From the NCBI GenBank assembly GCA_964544855.1, contig CAZJDU010000003.1, positions 8,545 through 72,544 on the forward strand: a DNA stretch of 64,000 bases, written 5' to 3'. Source of the stretch: an uncultured Nocardioides sp. GTDB lineage: Bacteria > Actinomycetota > Actinomycetes > Propionibacteriales > Nocardioidaceae. Of the stretch, positions 41,719 through 51,197 are shown piece after piece. Numbering within the stretch: position 1 is the first letter of the stretch; each line of letters begins with the position of its first letter. Both the position numbers and the translations under genes were made by a program. The notes beneath the pieces were generated by a model. That model ran no database searches and was not told the origin of the DNA. It saw only the letters and a program-made list of their open reading frames with translations.

Positions 41719-42480
41719 GTGCACGTCCTCGACGAGCTGGTCGATGCGGGTGCCGACCTGCTGCTCGGGTCCGCCTGCGTCGGCTGCGACCGGCCGGGGC
41801 GCCCCTGCTGTGCCGGCTGCCGCGCCGGCCTGCCGGACACCGCCCACGCCGCCTGGCCCGACCCGACCCCGCCCGGCCTGGCGACGCCGTACGCCACGGG
41901 GTCCTACGACGACGTGCTGCGGTCCCTCGTGCTCGGACACAAGGAGCGCGGTCTCCACGCGCTCGCCACCCCGCTGGGCCGGCAGCTGGCCGTCGCGGCC
42001 GACCGCGCGATCCGTGACGCGGGCGTCGCGGACGCCCCGGTCGTGCTGGTCCCGGTGCCGTCCCGTCCGGCCGCGACCCGGCGCCGCGGGCACGACCCGA
42101 CCGGAGTGATGGTGCGACGTGCGGCGCGCGAGCTCAGCCGGGCAGGGCGGGACGCCCGGGCAGCCCCGCTGCTGAGGCTGCGCCCCGGAGTCGCGGACCA
42201 GGCCGGACTGGGCGCCGGTGCGCGTCGTGCCAACCTGGCCGGGTCGATGGCGTGCCGCGCCCGGGCGCTGTCCCGGCTGCGCCGTCGCGTCGTGGGCGCC
42301 CACGTGCTGATCTGCGACGACGTCCTCACGACCGGCGCCACCGCGGGGGAGGCGCAGCGGGCGCTGGAGGCCGTCGGCGTGACCGTGCTGGCGGTGGCGA
42401 CCGTCGCCGCCACCCGGCGACGGGGCACCGATCCGCCCGATCGTGGGCACCCCCTTTCCCGGCTTGTCCCGACCGACTAA
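41719..42480 (+). CDS. comF: ComF family amidophosphoribosyltransferase-like protein
   Basis: N-terminal CxxC..CxxC, VPVPS..RRRG, DQAGL..RRAN, DDVLTTGAT. Confidence 0.9.
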   Translation: MHVLDELVDAGADLLLGSACVGCDRPGRPCCAGCRAGLPDTAHAAWPDPTPPGLATPYATGSYDDVLRSLVLGHKERGLHALATPLGRQLAVAADRAIRDAGVADAPVVLVPVPSRPAATRRRGHDPTGVMVRRAARELSRAGRDARAAPLLRLRPGVADQAGLGAGARRANLAGSMACRARALSRLRRRVVGAHVLICDDVLTTGATAGEAQRALEAVGVTVLAVATVAATRRRGTDPPDRGHPLSRLVPTD

Positions 42481-42491
42481 CGTCACCTCAT

Positions 42492-42783
42492 GGAGTCCGC
42501 CCGGGTCCGTGGTTGCGTCGCAACGGCACCCACGGGAGCCGGTCGCCCGCGGGGTGACCGCTCCCGGCGTCCCGAGCGGCAAGCCGATGCCAGTCGCAGG
42601 CGAAACGGCCCACGTAACCGGGTGCTCGCACTCGGGATCACGGTGCGGCTTAGTGGTAAGACCTGCCTCGCCCCGGTCATCCGATGTGACCGGACGCGGG
42701 AGAGGGGCAGTAGTGGCAACAAGCTGCGAACCCCCCAGCAGGCGATTGTGGGGCAGAAGACCAGGTCGGCCGGGCGGTACTCC
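42492..42783 (+). ncRNA. raiA-motif structured non-coding RNA
   Basis: Closing stem GGAGT-CCGCCCGG/CCGGGCGG-T-ACTCC; blocks GTGGTTG, AAGCCGATGCCAGTCGCAGGC, CCACGTAA, GGTGCGGCTTAG, CCAGCAGGCGA.TGTGGGG, AGACCAGGTC match recalled raiA-motif consensus; characteristic comF-hpf position. Confidence 0.88.
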
Positions 42784-42784
42784 T

Positions 42785-43073
42785 CCCCAGCGTTGTGTGG
42801 AGCGTCGGCGGCGTTGTCGTCGCTTGACGACCGCTCCGCCTACCAGGTCGCCTGCGCTCCTCCGCCTTGCCGACGCACGCACACAACGCTGGGGCCGCAG
42901 GATGCTCGCGTGGCGGCGTTGTCGTCGCTTGACGACCGCTCCGCCTACCAGGTCGCCTGCGCTCCTCCGCCTTGCCGACGCACGCACACAACGCTGGGGC
43001 CGCAGGATGCTCGCGTGGCGGCGTTGTCGTCGCTTGACGACCGCTCCGCCTACCAGGTCACCTGCCCTCCTCC
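42785..43073. repeat. 105-bp tandem repeat (~2.5 copies) of a REP/MITE-like unit
   Basis: Units start at 42807, 42912, 43017; 15-bp IR CCCCAGCGTTGTGTG 42785-42799 / CACACAACGCTGGGG 42880-42894. Confidence 0.9.
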
Positions 43074-43175
43074 CGATCCGCCGTGCGAGCGGATGACCTG
43101 AGCCTCGCGGTCCATCGGACCGCGTCTCGACAACTGAATCCAGGCCATCAACCCAAAACCCAGTGGAGGTCACTG

Positions 43176-43799
43176 ATGGACGTCGTGGTCACCGGTCGCA
43201 ACATCGAGGTCTCGGACAGGTTCCGGGAGCACGCTGCCGAGAAGCTGACGAAGCTCGAGAAACACGACCATCGGATCATGCGGGTGCACGTCGAGGTCGA
43301 GTGTGACAAGAACCATCGGCACAGTGACCGTTCGACCCACGTCGAGCTCACCTGCTTCTCCAAGGGACCGGTGATCCGGGCCGAGGCCGCCGCCGAGGAC
43401 AAGATGGCGGCGTTCGACCTCGCCCTCGACAAGATGGCCTCACAGATGCGCAAGGCTGCCGATCGCCGCCGTGTGCACCGCGGACGGCGCACGCCCGTCT
43501 CGGTCGGCGAGGCGCTGGCCGACGTGCCCGTGGACGGGCTGCCGGGCGAGGCGTCCGCCGAGGAGGAGGGGGTCGCCGAACGGAAGGTCGGGCCGATCAC
43601 GGTGACCGGCGACGGCCCGCTCGTGGTCCGGGAGAAGACCCATCCGGCGAGCCCGATGACCCTCGACCAGGCGCTCTACGAGATGGAGCTGGTCGGGCAC
43701 GACTTCTACCTCTTCGTCGACAAGGAGAGCGAGCGACCCTCGGTCGTCTACCGCCGCAAGGGGTACGACTACGGGGTGATCTCGCTGGAACTGCCCTGA
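43176..43799 (+). CDS. hpf: Ribosome hibernation-promoting factor (long HPF/RaiA)
   Basis: GRNIEVSDRFR, IRAEA, VVREKTH..PMTLDQALYEMELVGHDFYLF..VVYRRKG. Confidence 0.96.
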   Translation: MDVVVTGRNIEVSDRFREHAAEKLTKLEKHDHRIMRVHVEVECDKNHRHSDRSTHVELTCFSKGPVIRAEAAAEDKMAAFDLALDKMASQMRKAADRRRVHRGRRTPVSVGEALADVPVDGLPGEASAEEEGVAERKVGPITVTGDGPLVVREKTHPASPMTLDQALYEMELVGHDFYLFVDKESERPSVVYRRKGYDYGVISLELP

Positions 43800-43829
43800 C
43801 GGAGGTCGACTTGGTGTCATGATGCGCGG

Positions 43830-44456
43830 GTGGTGAGTCAACCCCTCCTCCAGGTCGCCGTCGTGGACGGCCAGGAGCTCTTCCGCCGCGGAGTGGCGCT
43901 GCTGCTCGACGGCGTCGACGACCTCGAGGTCGTCGGTATCGACGACGTGCCGACGACCTACGAGGTGCCGCCGGACGTCGTCGTGGTGGGCGCACCCGTG
44001 CCCGACGCGGCGGCGGCGCTGAGCCGACTCGCCGCGGAGGCCCGGGTGCTGATGCTCGTCAGCGCCCACGACCCGATCGACGTCTACGCCGCGATGCAGG
44101 CCGGGGCCTCGGGGTTCCTCACCAAGGACGCATCGCTGGAGGAGCTCGTCGAGGGCATCCGGGTGGTCGCCGACGGTCAGTCACTGGTCAGCCCGGCACT
44201 CGCCGTCGGGCTCGCCGACGGCATCGGCGCCGCCGAGGGCGGGGACAACGGAACCGTGCGGGAGCTGACCGCCCGGGAGACCGAGGTGCTGCGGCTGGTC
44301 GCGCTCGGCATGAGCAACCGCGCGGTCGCCCACCGGCTGGGCATCAGCGAGAACACCGTCAAGAACCACGTCCGCAACCTGCTCGACAAGCTGCGGCTCC
44401 GCTCGCGCACGGAGGCGGCGATGTACGCCGTCCGCGAGAAGCTCGTCGAGCCCTGA
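43830..44456 (+). CDS. NarL/LuxR-family response regulator with degenerate receiver
   Basis: LTARETEVL..GMSN..ISENTVKNHVRNLLDKL HTH; receiver lacks canonical Asp residues. Confidence 0.88.
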   Translation: MVSQPLLQVAVVDGQELFRRGVALLLDGVDDLEVVGIDDVPTTYEVPPDVVVVGAPVPDAAAALSRLAAEARVLMLVSAHDPIDVYAAMQAGASGFLTKDASLEELVEGIRVVADGQSLVSPALAVGLADGIGAAEGGDNGTVRELTARETEVLRLVALGMSNRAVAHRLGISENTVKNHVRNLLDKLRLRSRTEAAMYAVREKLVEP

Positions 44457-44510
44457 CCCCGCTGAGGAGCGCCACGTCCGGTGTCGGCGCCGCCCCCTAG
44501 GGTCGGCACC

Positions 44511-45710
44511 GTGCGATCGCTCTCCCTCGCCCAGGCCCGCCGGATCGCGCTGGCCGCCCAGGGCTTCACCGATCCGCCCCACCGGGTGCCGACCCTGCGG
44601 ACCGTGGCCCGCACCGTCGACCGCACCGGGGTGCTGCAGGTCGACTCGGTCAACGTGCTCCAACGCGCGCACTACCTCCCGCTCTACTCACGGATGGGTC
44701 CCTACGACACCGATCTGCTCCACCGGGCCGCCGAACGACGGCCCCGGCGCCTCGTGGAGTACTGGGCACACGTCCAGGCCTACATGCCGGTCGAGCTGTG
44801 GCCCGTGATGCGGCACCGGATGGACCACTACGCCGAGCGGGAGTTCAAGTGGTGGCAGGACATCGACCGGTCGCTGAAGGCGTCGGTGCTCGACGCCGTG
44901 CGAGACCGGGGTCCCGTCACCGCGCGCGACCTCGACGACGGCGCGCCGCGGGTGCGGCACCACTGGGGATGGAACTGGTCCGACGCGCGCAAGGCGCTCG
45001 ACATCCTCTACATGAGCGGTGAGCTGGCGATCGCGGGGCGCAACGGTCAGTTCGAGGTCCGCTACGACCTCCCGGAGCGGGTGCTGCCCGCCGAGGTGCT
45101 CGCGGCGCCCGAGCCGAGCGCCGAGGAGGCACACCGTGACCTGGTCCGCCGCGCCGCGCGCTCGTACGGCGTCGCCACGGTCGCGGACCTGCGCGACTAC
45201 TACCGGATCCCGCTGCTCGCCGACGCCCGGCGTGCGGTCGACAGCCTGGTCGAGGCGGGGGAGCTCGAGCCCGTCGAGGTCGAGGGCTGGCGCAGGCAGG
45301 CGTACCTCCATCGTGCGGCCCGGCTTCCTCGCCGGGTGGCGGCGCGCACCCTGCTCAGCCCCTTCGATCCCGTCGTCTGGCAGCGTGCCCGGGCGGAGGC
45401 GCTCTTCGGGTTCCGCTACCGGATCGAGATCTACACGCCGCCCGACAAGCGGGTGCACGGCTACTACGTGCTCCCGTTCCTGCTCGGTGACCGGCCGGTG
45501 GCACGGGTCGATCTCAAGGCCGACCGTGCCGCCAGCGTCCTGCTGGTCCCTGCCGCCTACGCCGAGGCCGACGCGCCCCCTGAGACCGCCGGCGAGCTCG
45601 CCGCCGAGCTGTGGCGGCTCGCCGGCTGGCTCGGCCTCGACGACGTCGTGGTGGGGGAGCGGGGCGACCTCGCACCCGCGCTGAGCGTCACCGCAGCCGC
45701 AGCGCCTTGA
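44511..45710 (+). CDS. YcaQ/AlkZ-family (HTH_42) crosslink-repair DNA glycosylase
   Basis: ARRIALAAQG, LQVDSVNV (QxD), EYWAH, LLSPFDP, EIYTP..KR.HGYYVLPFL. Confidence 0.9.
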   Translation: MRSLSLAQARRIALAAQGFTDPPHRVPTLRTVARTVDRTGVLQVDSVNVLQRAHYLPLYSRMGPYDTDLLHRAAERRPRRLVEYWAHVQAYMPVELWPVMRHRMDHYAEREFKWWQDIDRSLKASVLDAVRDRGPVTARDLDDGAPRVRHHWGWNWSDARKALDILYMSGELAIAGRNGQFEVRYDLPERVLPAEVLAAPEPSAEEAHRDLVRRAARSYGVATVADLRDYYRIPLLADARRAVDSLVEAGELEPVEVEGWRRQAYLHRAARLPRRVAARTLLSPFDPVVWQRARAEALFGFRYRIEIYTPPDKRVHGYYVLPFLLGDRPVARVDLKADRAASVLLVPAAYAEADAPPETAGELAAELWRLAGWLGLDDVVVGERGDLAPALSVTAAAAP

Positions 45711-47280
45711 GCAGCCTCAGCTGCTTGTTGCCCAGCTCGGTGAACTGCTCGGTCGTCATCGACGGGGGCGGTCCCAACGGCATCAGGCGCTGCGTGGCGA
45801 TCGTCTGGCACTCGGTGTACTTCCGGATGCCCTCGGCGCCGTGCCGGCGGCCCAGCCCGCTGTCTCCCATCCCGCCCATGCCGGCCTCGATCGAGCCGGC
45901 GGCCGCGGCGGCCCCGTCGTTGATGTTGACCGCACCCGACCGGATCCGCTGCGCGAGCGTGGCCGCAGCCGCCGTGTCGCGGGACCAGATGCTGGCCGAC
46001 AGGCCGTAGCTGCCCTCGTTGGCGCGCGCCACGGCCTCCTGGTCGGACTCCACGGGGTAGAGCGAGATGACCGGGCCGAAGGTCTCCTCGTGGCAGACCG
46101 ACATCTGCTCGGTGACCCCCTCGAGCACGGTGGGCTCGTAGACCAGCGGGCCGAGGTCGGGGCGGGCCCGACCGCCGGTGAGCAGCGTGGCGCCCGCGGC
46201 GACGGCGCCCTCCACATGGCCGCCGACCGTCGCGAGCTGCGACTCCGAGGCCAGCGAGCCCACGTCGACGGAGTAGTCGAAGGTCTGGCCGAGGCGCAGC
46301 GCCGCCGTCGCCCGCACCAGCGCGGCGCGGAACTCGTCGTACACCTCGCGGTGCACCAGCACCCGCTCGATGTGGATGCACATCTGTCCGGTGTTGGCGA
46401 AGGCCGCGGTGACGCAGCCGGCGGCGGCCTGCTCGACGTCCGCGTCGGCACGGACGATGAGCGGGTTCTTGCCGCCCAGCTCCAGCGAGGCGGCGATGAG
46501 TCGCTCACCGGCGCGCCGCCCGACGCCTCGTCCGGTCGCGGTGGAGCCGGTGAAGCAGATGTGGTCGACGCCGTCGATCAGGGCCTCGCCGACGACGCGG
46601 CCCGGACCGACCACGACGTGCCACAGCTCGGTCGGAAGCCCCGCCTCCGCCATCAGCGCTCGTGCCCACAGCAGCGTCAGCGGCGTCTGCGAGTCGGCCT
46701 TGCTGACCACCCCGGTGCCGGCCAGCAGCGCCGGGACCACGTCGCCCACCGCCAGGTAGAGCGGGTAGTTCCACGGCGAGATCACGCCGACCACGCCCTT
46801 GGGGATGCGCACCTCCCGGACCTTGGTGAGCCCCGGCAGCGCGCCGCGCACCTTGCGGTCGGCGAGGTACGACGCACCGTGGCGGGCGTAGTGACGAGCG
46901 ATCGTCGCGACCTGCAGGATCTCCTGCCAGGCACTGAAGCGGGCCTTGCCCATCTCCCACTGGATCAGGTCGAGCACCTCGTCCTGCCGCTCCACGAGCA
47001 GGTCGTGGAAGCGCAGCATCACCTCGGCCCGGACCCGGTAGGGCACCTTCGCCCAGGCTCGTTGCGCGTGCCGCGCGGACGTGATCGCGTCGGCGACGTC
47101 GGCCCTGGTGCTCGCCGGGACCTCGGCGGTCGGGCGGCCGTCGTAGGGCGCGTGGGCCAGGCTGGACTCGCCGCCGGCGGGATCGCGGTGGACCCAGCCG
47201 CGCCACTCGTCGAGGCGGGCGTCGGTCACCCAGCCGGGGCAGGTCGTGCTCGGGGCGGGGACGGTCGCGGTGTCGGACAC
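45688..47280 (-). CDS. Aldehyde dehydrogenase (succinate-semialdehyde dehydrogenase GabD2-like)
   Basis: ISPWNYP, FTGST, LELGGKN, GQMC catalytic Cys, EETFGP. Confidence 0.92.
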   Translation of the reverse strand: MSDTATVPAPSTTCPGWVTDARLDEWRGWVHRDPAGGESSLAHAPYDGRPTAEVPASTRADVADAITSARHAQRAWAKVPYRVRAEVMLRFHDLLVERQDEVLDLIQWEMGKARFSAWQEILQVATIARHYARHGASYLADRKVRGALPGLTKVREVRIPKGVVGVISPWNYPLYLAVGDVVPALLAGTGVVSKADSQTPLTLLWARALMAEAGLPTELWHVVVGPGRVVGEALIDGVDHICFTGSTATGRGVGRRAGERLIAASLELGGKNPLIVRADADVEQAAAGCVTAAFANTGQMCIHIERVLVHREVYDEFRAALVRATAALRLGQTFDYSVDVGSLASESQLATVGGHVEGAVAAGATLLTGGRARPDLGPLVYEPTVLEGVTEQMSVCHEETFGPVISLYPVESDQEAVARANEGSYGLSASIWSRDTAAAATLAQRIRSGAVNINDGAAAAAGSIEAGMGGMGDSGLGRRHGAEGIRKYTECQTIATQRLMPLGPPPSMTTEQFTELGNKQLRLLKALRLR

Positions 47281-47294
47281 GGGGGACTCCTCGG

Positions 47295-48170
47295 TCAGGG
47301 GTAGGGGGTCGGTTCGGGTGTGGTCGTGGGGTCGCGGCGGGTGCGTCCGGCGCCGAGAGCGGCGAGCGGCACCAGCCGCAACGGCTCGGGCAGGCGGTCA
47401 GCGCGCCGTGAGAGCCAGCGCAGCCGTCGTACCCGACGCTGGGCGCGGCGGTCCGGTGCCGGCAGCCCGATCCGGGCACGGAGCCCGGGGTCGAGGGTGG
47501 TCCGGATGACGTCACGCTGGGCCCGCAGCAGTGGCGCGGCCAGCAGGTCCGTCACCCGCTGTGGCACGGGGAGCGGGCGCGGCGCTCGTGGCGCCGCGTA
47601 GAGGATGTCCTGCACGACGGGGTTGTTCTCGAGCAGCCCGAGCTGGTCCTGCCAGCCCTCCCAGAACTCCGCGCGGGTGTCGGGGAGCCGGTCGGGCCGC
47701 ACGCCGATGAGCAGCCCGAGGCGGCGCCACTCGTAGAACAGCTGCCGGTCCTGTGCCTCGGTGAGGCCGGGGCCGAAGTCGCCCAGGAACAGCCGAGTGT
47801 TCTCGTACGCCGTCCAGTGCACCCACGCGTAGGCCTGGTGGTCCAGCGCGTGATAGGCCCGACCCTGCGCGTCGACGCCACGGATCCCGGCATGCATCCG
47901 CAGCAGTCGCTGTCCCTCCTCGGCGGCCGCGGTGCCGCCGTACACGCTGCGCACCACCGAGCGGGTGGTGCGCCACAGCCGGCCGTAGGGGTCGTCCTTG
48001 TAGACCGACTGCTGCTCGACGCCGGCCCCGACCATCGGATGCGCGACCTGGTGCAGCAACAGGCGGACCGCCAGGAGCAGCTGACGCTGGTCACCGGCGG
48101 CGTACCAGACCGCGCCTCCCGGCCCGAGCGGGCGGGCCGGGAGTGCGGCACGCGGCGGGGTCGCGGTCAC
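47295..48170 (-). CDS. DUF2236 / MpaB-like (rubber-oxygenase-related) protein
   Basis: LHQVAHPMVGAGV, DPYGRLWRT, MHAGIRG..YHALD..WVH; GTGA overlap with ligase stop. Confidence 0.85.
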   Translation of the reverse strand: MTATPPRAALPARPLGPGGAVWYAAGDQRQLLLAVRLLLHQVAHPMVGAGVEQQSVYKDDPYGRLWRTTRSVVRSVYGGTAAAEEGQRLLRMHAGIRGVDAQGRAYHALDHQAYAWVHWTAYENTRLFLGDFGPGLTEAQDRQLFYEWRRLGLLIGVRPDRLPDTRAEFWEGWQDQLGLLENNPVVQDILYAAPRAPRPLPVPQRVTDLLAAPLLRAQRDVIRTTLDPGLRARIGLPAPDRRAQRRVRRLRWLSRRADRLPEPLRLVPLAALGAGRTRRDPTTTPEPTPYP

Positions 48171-50035
48171 TGGTAGAGCCGCTCCAGCGTGTCGGCGTAC
48201 TTGGCGTGGACCACGCGGCGCTTGAGCTTCAGCGTCGGCGTGAGCTCCTCCGACTCCGCGGACCACTCCACCGGCAGCAGCTCGAAGGCCTTGACCTGCT
48301 CGGGGCGGGAGAGCCGCTCGTTGGCGGCGTCGACGGCCTGCTGGGCCATCTGCATGATCGCCGGGTCCTGGGCCAGCTCGGCGAGGTCGGTGCTCTCGAT
48401 GCCCAGCTGGCCGGCCACCACGGGCGCGATCTCCGGGTCGAGGGTGAGCACGGCGACGACGTAGGGCCGCGACTCCCCGAACACCAGGGCATGGCCGACG
48501 ATCGGGCTCTCCTTGAGCAGGTTCTCGATGTTGGACGGCGCGATGTTCTTGCCGGAGGAGGTGATGATCATCTCCTTCTTGCGGTCCACGACCTTCAGGA
48601 AGCCGTCGTCGTCCAGCTCGCCGAGGTCGCCGGTGTGCACCCAGCCGTCCGCGTCGATGAGGTCCGCCGTGGCGTCCTCGCGGCGGTAGTAGCCCTGCGA
48701 CACGACGGGCCCCCGCGTCAGGATCTCACCGTCGTCGGCGAGCGAGACCTCGATGCCGGGCAGCGGCCTGCCGACCGTGCCGAGCCGGAACTGGTCGGGT
48801 CCGCAGGCGGTCACGGCCGCGCAGGTCTCGGTCATGCCGTAGACGTCGTAGATCCGCATCCCGAGCCCGGCGAAGAACCGGGCGACCTCGATCGGCATGG
48901 GCGCGGCGGCCGAGGCCGCCCACTCGCAGCGGTCCAGCCCGAGCAGCGAGCGCAGGAAGCCGAGCAGTGCGCCGTCGACGGCCTCGAACCTCGCCTGCAG
49001 CTCCGGCGAGGGGGTCGAGCCGAACTCCTGCGCCTCGACGTACTCCAGCCCGACCGCCAGCGCCTGGTCGACCTGGGCCTTCTTCTCCGGGTCGGTCTCG
49101 GCCGCCAGCTTGGCCGAGATGCCGGTCTTGATCTTCTCCCAGACCCGCGGCACCCCGAAGAATCTCGTCGGGTGCACCTCGCCGAGGGCACCGAGCAGCT
49201 GCGCGGGGTCGGCGATCAGGTGGATCTCACCGCCGCGGGTCATCGGGACGTACAGGCCGAGGGTGCGCTCGGCGATGTGGGCGAAGGGCAGGTAGGAGAT
49301 GAAGACCAGCTCCTGGTCCGGGTCCGCGACCCGCAGCGAGCAGGCGCACTCGTAGAGCACGCTGTGGTGCGAGAGCACCACGCCCTTCGGCTTGCCGGTG
49401 GTGCCCGAGGTGTAGAGGATCGTCAGCGGGTCGTCGGGTGAGATCGCGTCGACGCGCTGCTGCAGCTCGGTCTCGGCGCCGGCGCGGTACGCCGCGCCGG
49501 CGTCGAGGGCGTCCTGCCAGCCGACGAAGCGCTCCCCGGCCGGCAGGTCGGCGTCGATCACGACGACCTTGCGCACCGACCCGGACGCGTCGAGCGCCTG
49601 CTGCCAGCGCGCCACGTGGTCGGCGGTCTCCAGCACCACGACCGAGGGCTCCGAGTGCCCCGCGACGAACGAGACCTGCTCGGGCGAGAGCGTGTTGTAG
49701 ATCGACATCGAGACGGCACCGGCGTGCATCGCGGCGAGGTCGGCCACGACGTGCTCGATCCGGTTGCTCGCCATGATCGCGACCCGGTCTCCCGGCGCGA
49801 CGCCGGCTTCGACGAAGAGGGCTGCCAGGTCGAGTGCCCGGTCGCGCAGCTGGGTCCAGGTGACGGTGCGCCAGCCCGGACCGTAGCCGTCGGGCATGTC
49901 GATGCCGACCTTGTCGGAGTAGGCGGGGGTGTCGCCGCGCTCGGCGACGGTCGCGGCGAACGCCTGCGGCATGGTCATGCCGGCGATCTCCGCCTCGATC
50001 TCGGCCCGGACCGTGAGGGTGTCGGTGCTGCTCAT
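48167..50035 (-). CDS. Long-chain fatty acid-CoA ligase (AMP-dependent synthetase)
   Basis: YTSGTTGKPKG, YLPFAHIAER, VPRVWEK, YGMTET, TGDLG, LTPTLKLKR. Confidence 0.93.
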   Translation of the reverse strand: MSSTDTLTVRAEIEAEIAGMTMPQAFAATVAERGDTPAYSDKVGIDMPDGYGPGWRTVTWTQLRDRALDLAALFVEAGVAPGDRVAIMASNRIEHVVADLAAMHAGAVSMSIYNTLSPEQVSFVAGHSEPSVVVLETADHVARWQQALDASGSVRKVVVIDADLPAGERFVGWQDALDAGAAYRAGAETELQQRVDAISPDDPLTILYTSGTTGKPKGVVLSHHSVLYECACSLRVADPDQELVFISYLPFAHIAERTLGLYVPMTRGGEIHLIADPAQLLGALGEVHPTRFFGVPRVWEKIKTGISAKLAAETDPEKKAQVDQALAVGLEYVEAQEFGSTPSPELQARFEAVDGALLGFLRSLLGLDRCEWAASAAAPMPIEVARFFAGLGMRIYDVYGMTETCAAVTACGPDQFRLGTVGRPLPGIEVSLADDGEILTRGPVVSQGYYRREDATADLIDADGWVHTGDLGELDDDGFLKVVDRKKEMIITSSGKNIAPSNIENLLKESPIVGHALVFGESRPYVVAVLTLDPEIAPVVAGQLGIESTDLAELAQDPAIMQMAQQAVDAANERLSRPEQVKAFELLPVEWSAESEELTPTLKLKRRVVHAKYADTLERLYQ

Positions 50036-50084
50036 GGGGTGGTTCCTCTCTCTCCCGATGGTTTCCTGTGTCAGGTCGTGGGGG

Positions 50085-51197
50085 TCACTGCCGGGGGACG
50101 CTGCCGGAGCCCCGGCCCTGGGTGCCCTTCGGCGGGTCGGCGCAGCGGACGTCGGTCATCGCGGCCCGCGGCTCGAGCTCGTGGAGGTCCCGCTGCCGGT
50201 TGGGCTCGTAGACACAGTTCTCCAGGATCCGCGGCACCAGCAGCACCCGGCCGCTGCCGTCGCGGGTACTGCCGGCCATCACGTCGGCCTGCAGCGGCAC
50301 CCAGTCGAGCCAGTGGTGCAGGCCGCGCAGGTGGTCGGCCGCCATCTCGCTCACCGGCAGCCCCTGCTCGAGCAGCTCGCGCAGCTCGGGAGAGGCCCGG
50401 CGCCACCAGCGGTCGAGCCGGGGCAGCAGGTCGCTCGCGCCGACCACGATGCCCCGCACGTCCGGAGTGGCGCGGTTGACCGCCGCCGCGACGAGCGCGA
50501 GGTCCTGCAGCATCGCGCGGACGTCGGGCGTGAGCTCGACGCCGGTGCGGAGCGGCTGCTCGGCGTCGCGCGCCAGCTCGGTGAGATGGGGCTCCAGGCG
50601 CCGCAGCAGGGCGAAGCCGGTCTCGAGCTCGATCGACATCGCGCGCAGGTCGGCGTCGGTGTCGGCGAAGACCTGCTCGGTCACCGCGGAGATGGCGCGG
50701 ATGTCGGCCACGTCGAGACTGCGCATCAGCGACTGGGCGTGCGCCAGCACGTCGGGGACCCCGAGCGGCACGCCGGTGTCGGCGAGCGCCATGACGTCGC
50801 CGTCGGCGTACGTCGGGCCGCCAGCACTGCGGGGCCGCACGTCGAGGTACTGCTCGCCGACGGCCGACAGGTGGCGCACGAGTACGTCGCTGTCGCGGGG
50901 GATCTCCACGCCGCTCTCGATCTCGATCTCGGCGACGACCGGCGCGTCGTCGCCGGTGAGCCGGACGTCGCGGACCTCGCCGATGCGCTGGCCGCGGTAG
51001 TTGACCACCGCGCCCTCGTGCAGGCCGGACGCCTCGGGCAGCTCGACGGTGAGCCGGTAGCCACGGTGGAAGAGCGGGCCGCCCACGACCGTGTCGGCGA
51101 CGTAGACCGTGCCCGCGAGCAGGATGAACAGGATCAGCATCTGGGCGATGCGGGAGCGGCGGTGCCACCGGTCCGCGCTGGAGACGGCGCGGCTCAT
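50085..51197 (-). CDS. Mce family protein (MceF position)
   Basis: TM + MlaD domain (SGLHEGAVVNYRG..IG, SAVGEQY). Confidence 0.88.
   Translation of the reverse strand: MSRAVSSADRWHRRSRIAQMLILFILLAGTVYVADTVVGGPLFHRGYRLTVELPEASGLHEGAVVNYRGQRIGEVRDVRLTGDDAPVVAEIEIESGVEIPRDSDVLVRHLSAVGEQYLDVRPRSAGGPTYADGDVMALADTGVPLGVPDVLAHAQSLMRSLDVADIRAISAVTEQVFADTDADLRAMSIELETGFALLRRLEPHLTELARDAEQPLRTGVELTPDVRAMLQDLALVAAAVNRATPDVRGIVVGASDLLPRLDRWWRRASPELRELLEQGLPVSEMAADHLRGLHHWLDWVPLQADVMAGSTRDGSGRVLLVPRILENCVYEPNRQRDLHELEPRAAMTDVRCADPPKGTQGRGSGSVPRQ

Noticed and set aside
42785-43073. 105-bp repeats as a CRISPR array
   Set aside because: Whole units are identical with no unique spacers, and there are no cas genes
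42443-43101. ORFs 42443-43096, 42490-43101 and antisense 39580-43173
   Set aside because: They run through the ncRNA and a repeat whose length (105) is a multiple of 3; no protein motifs
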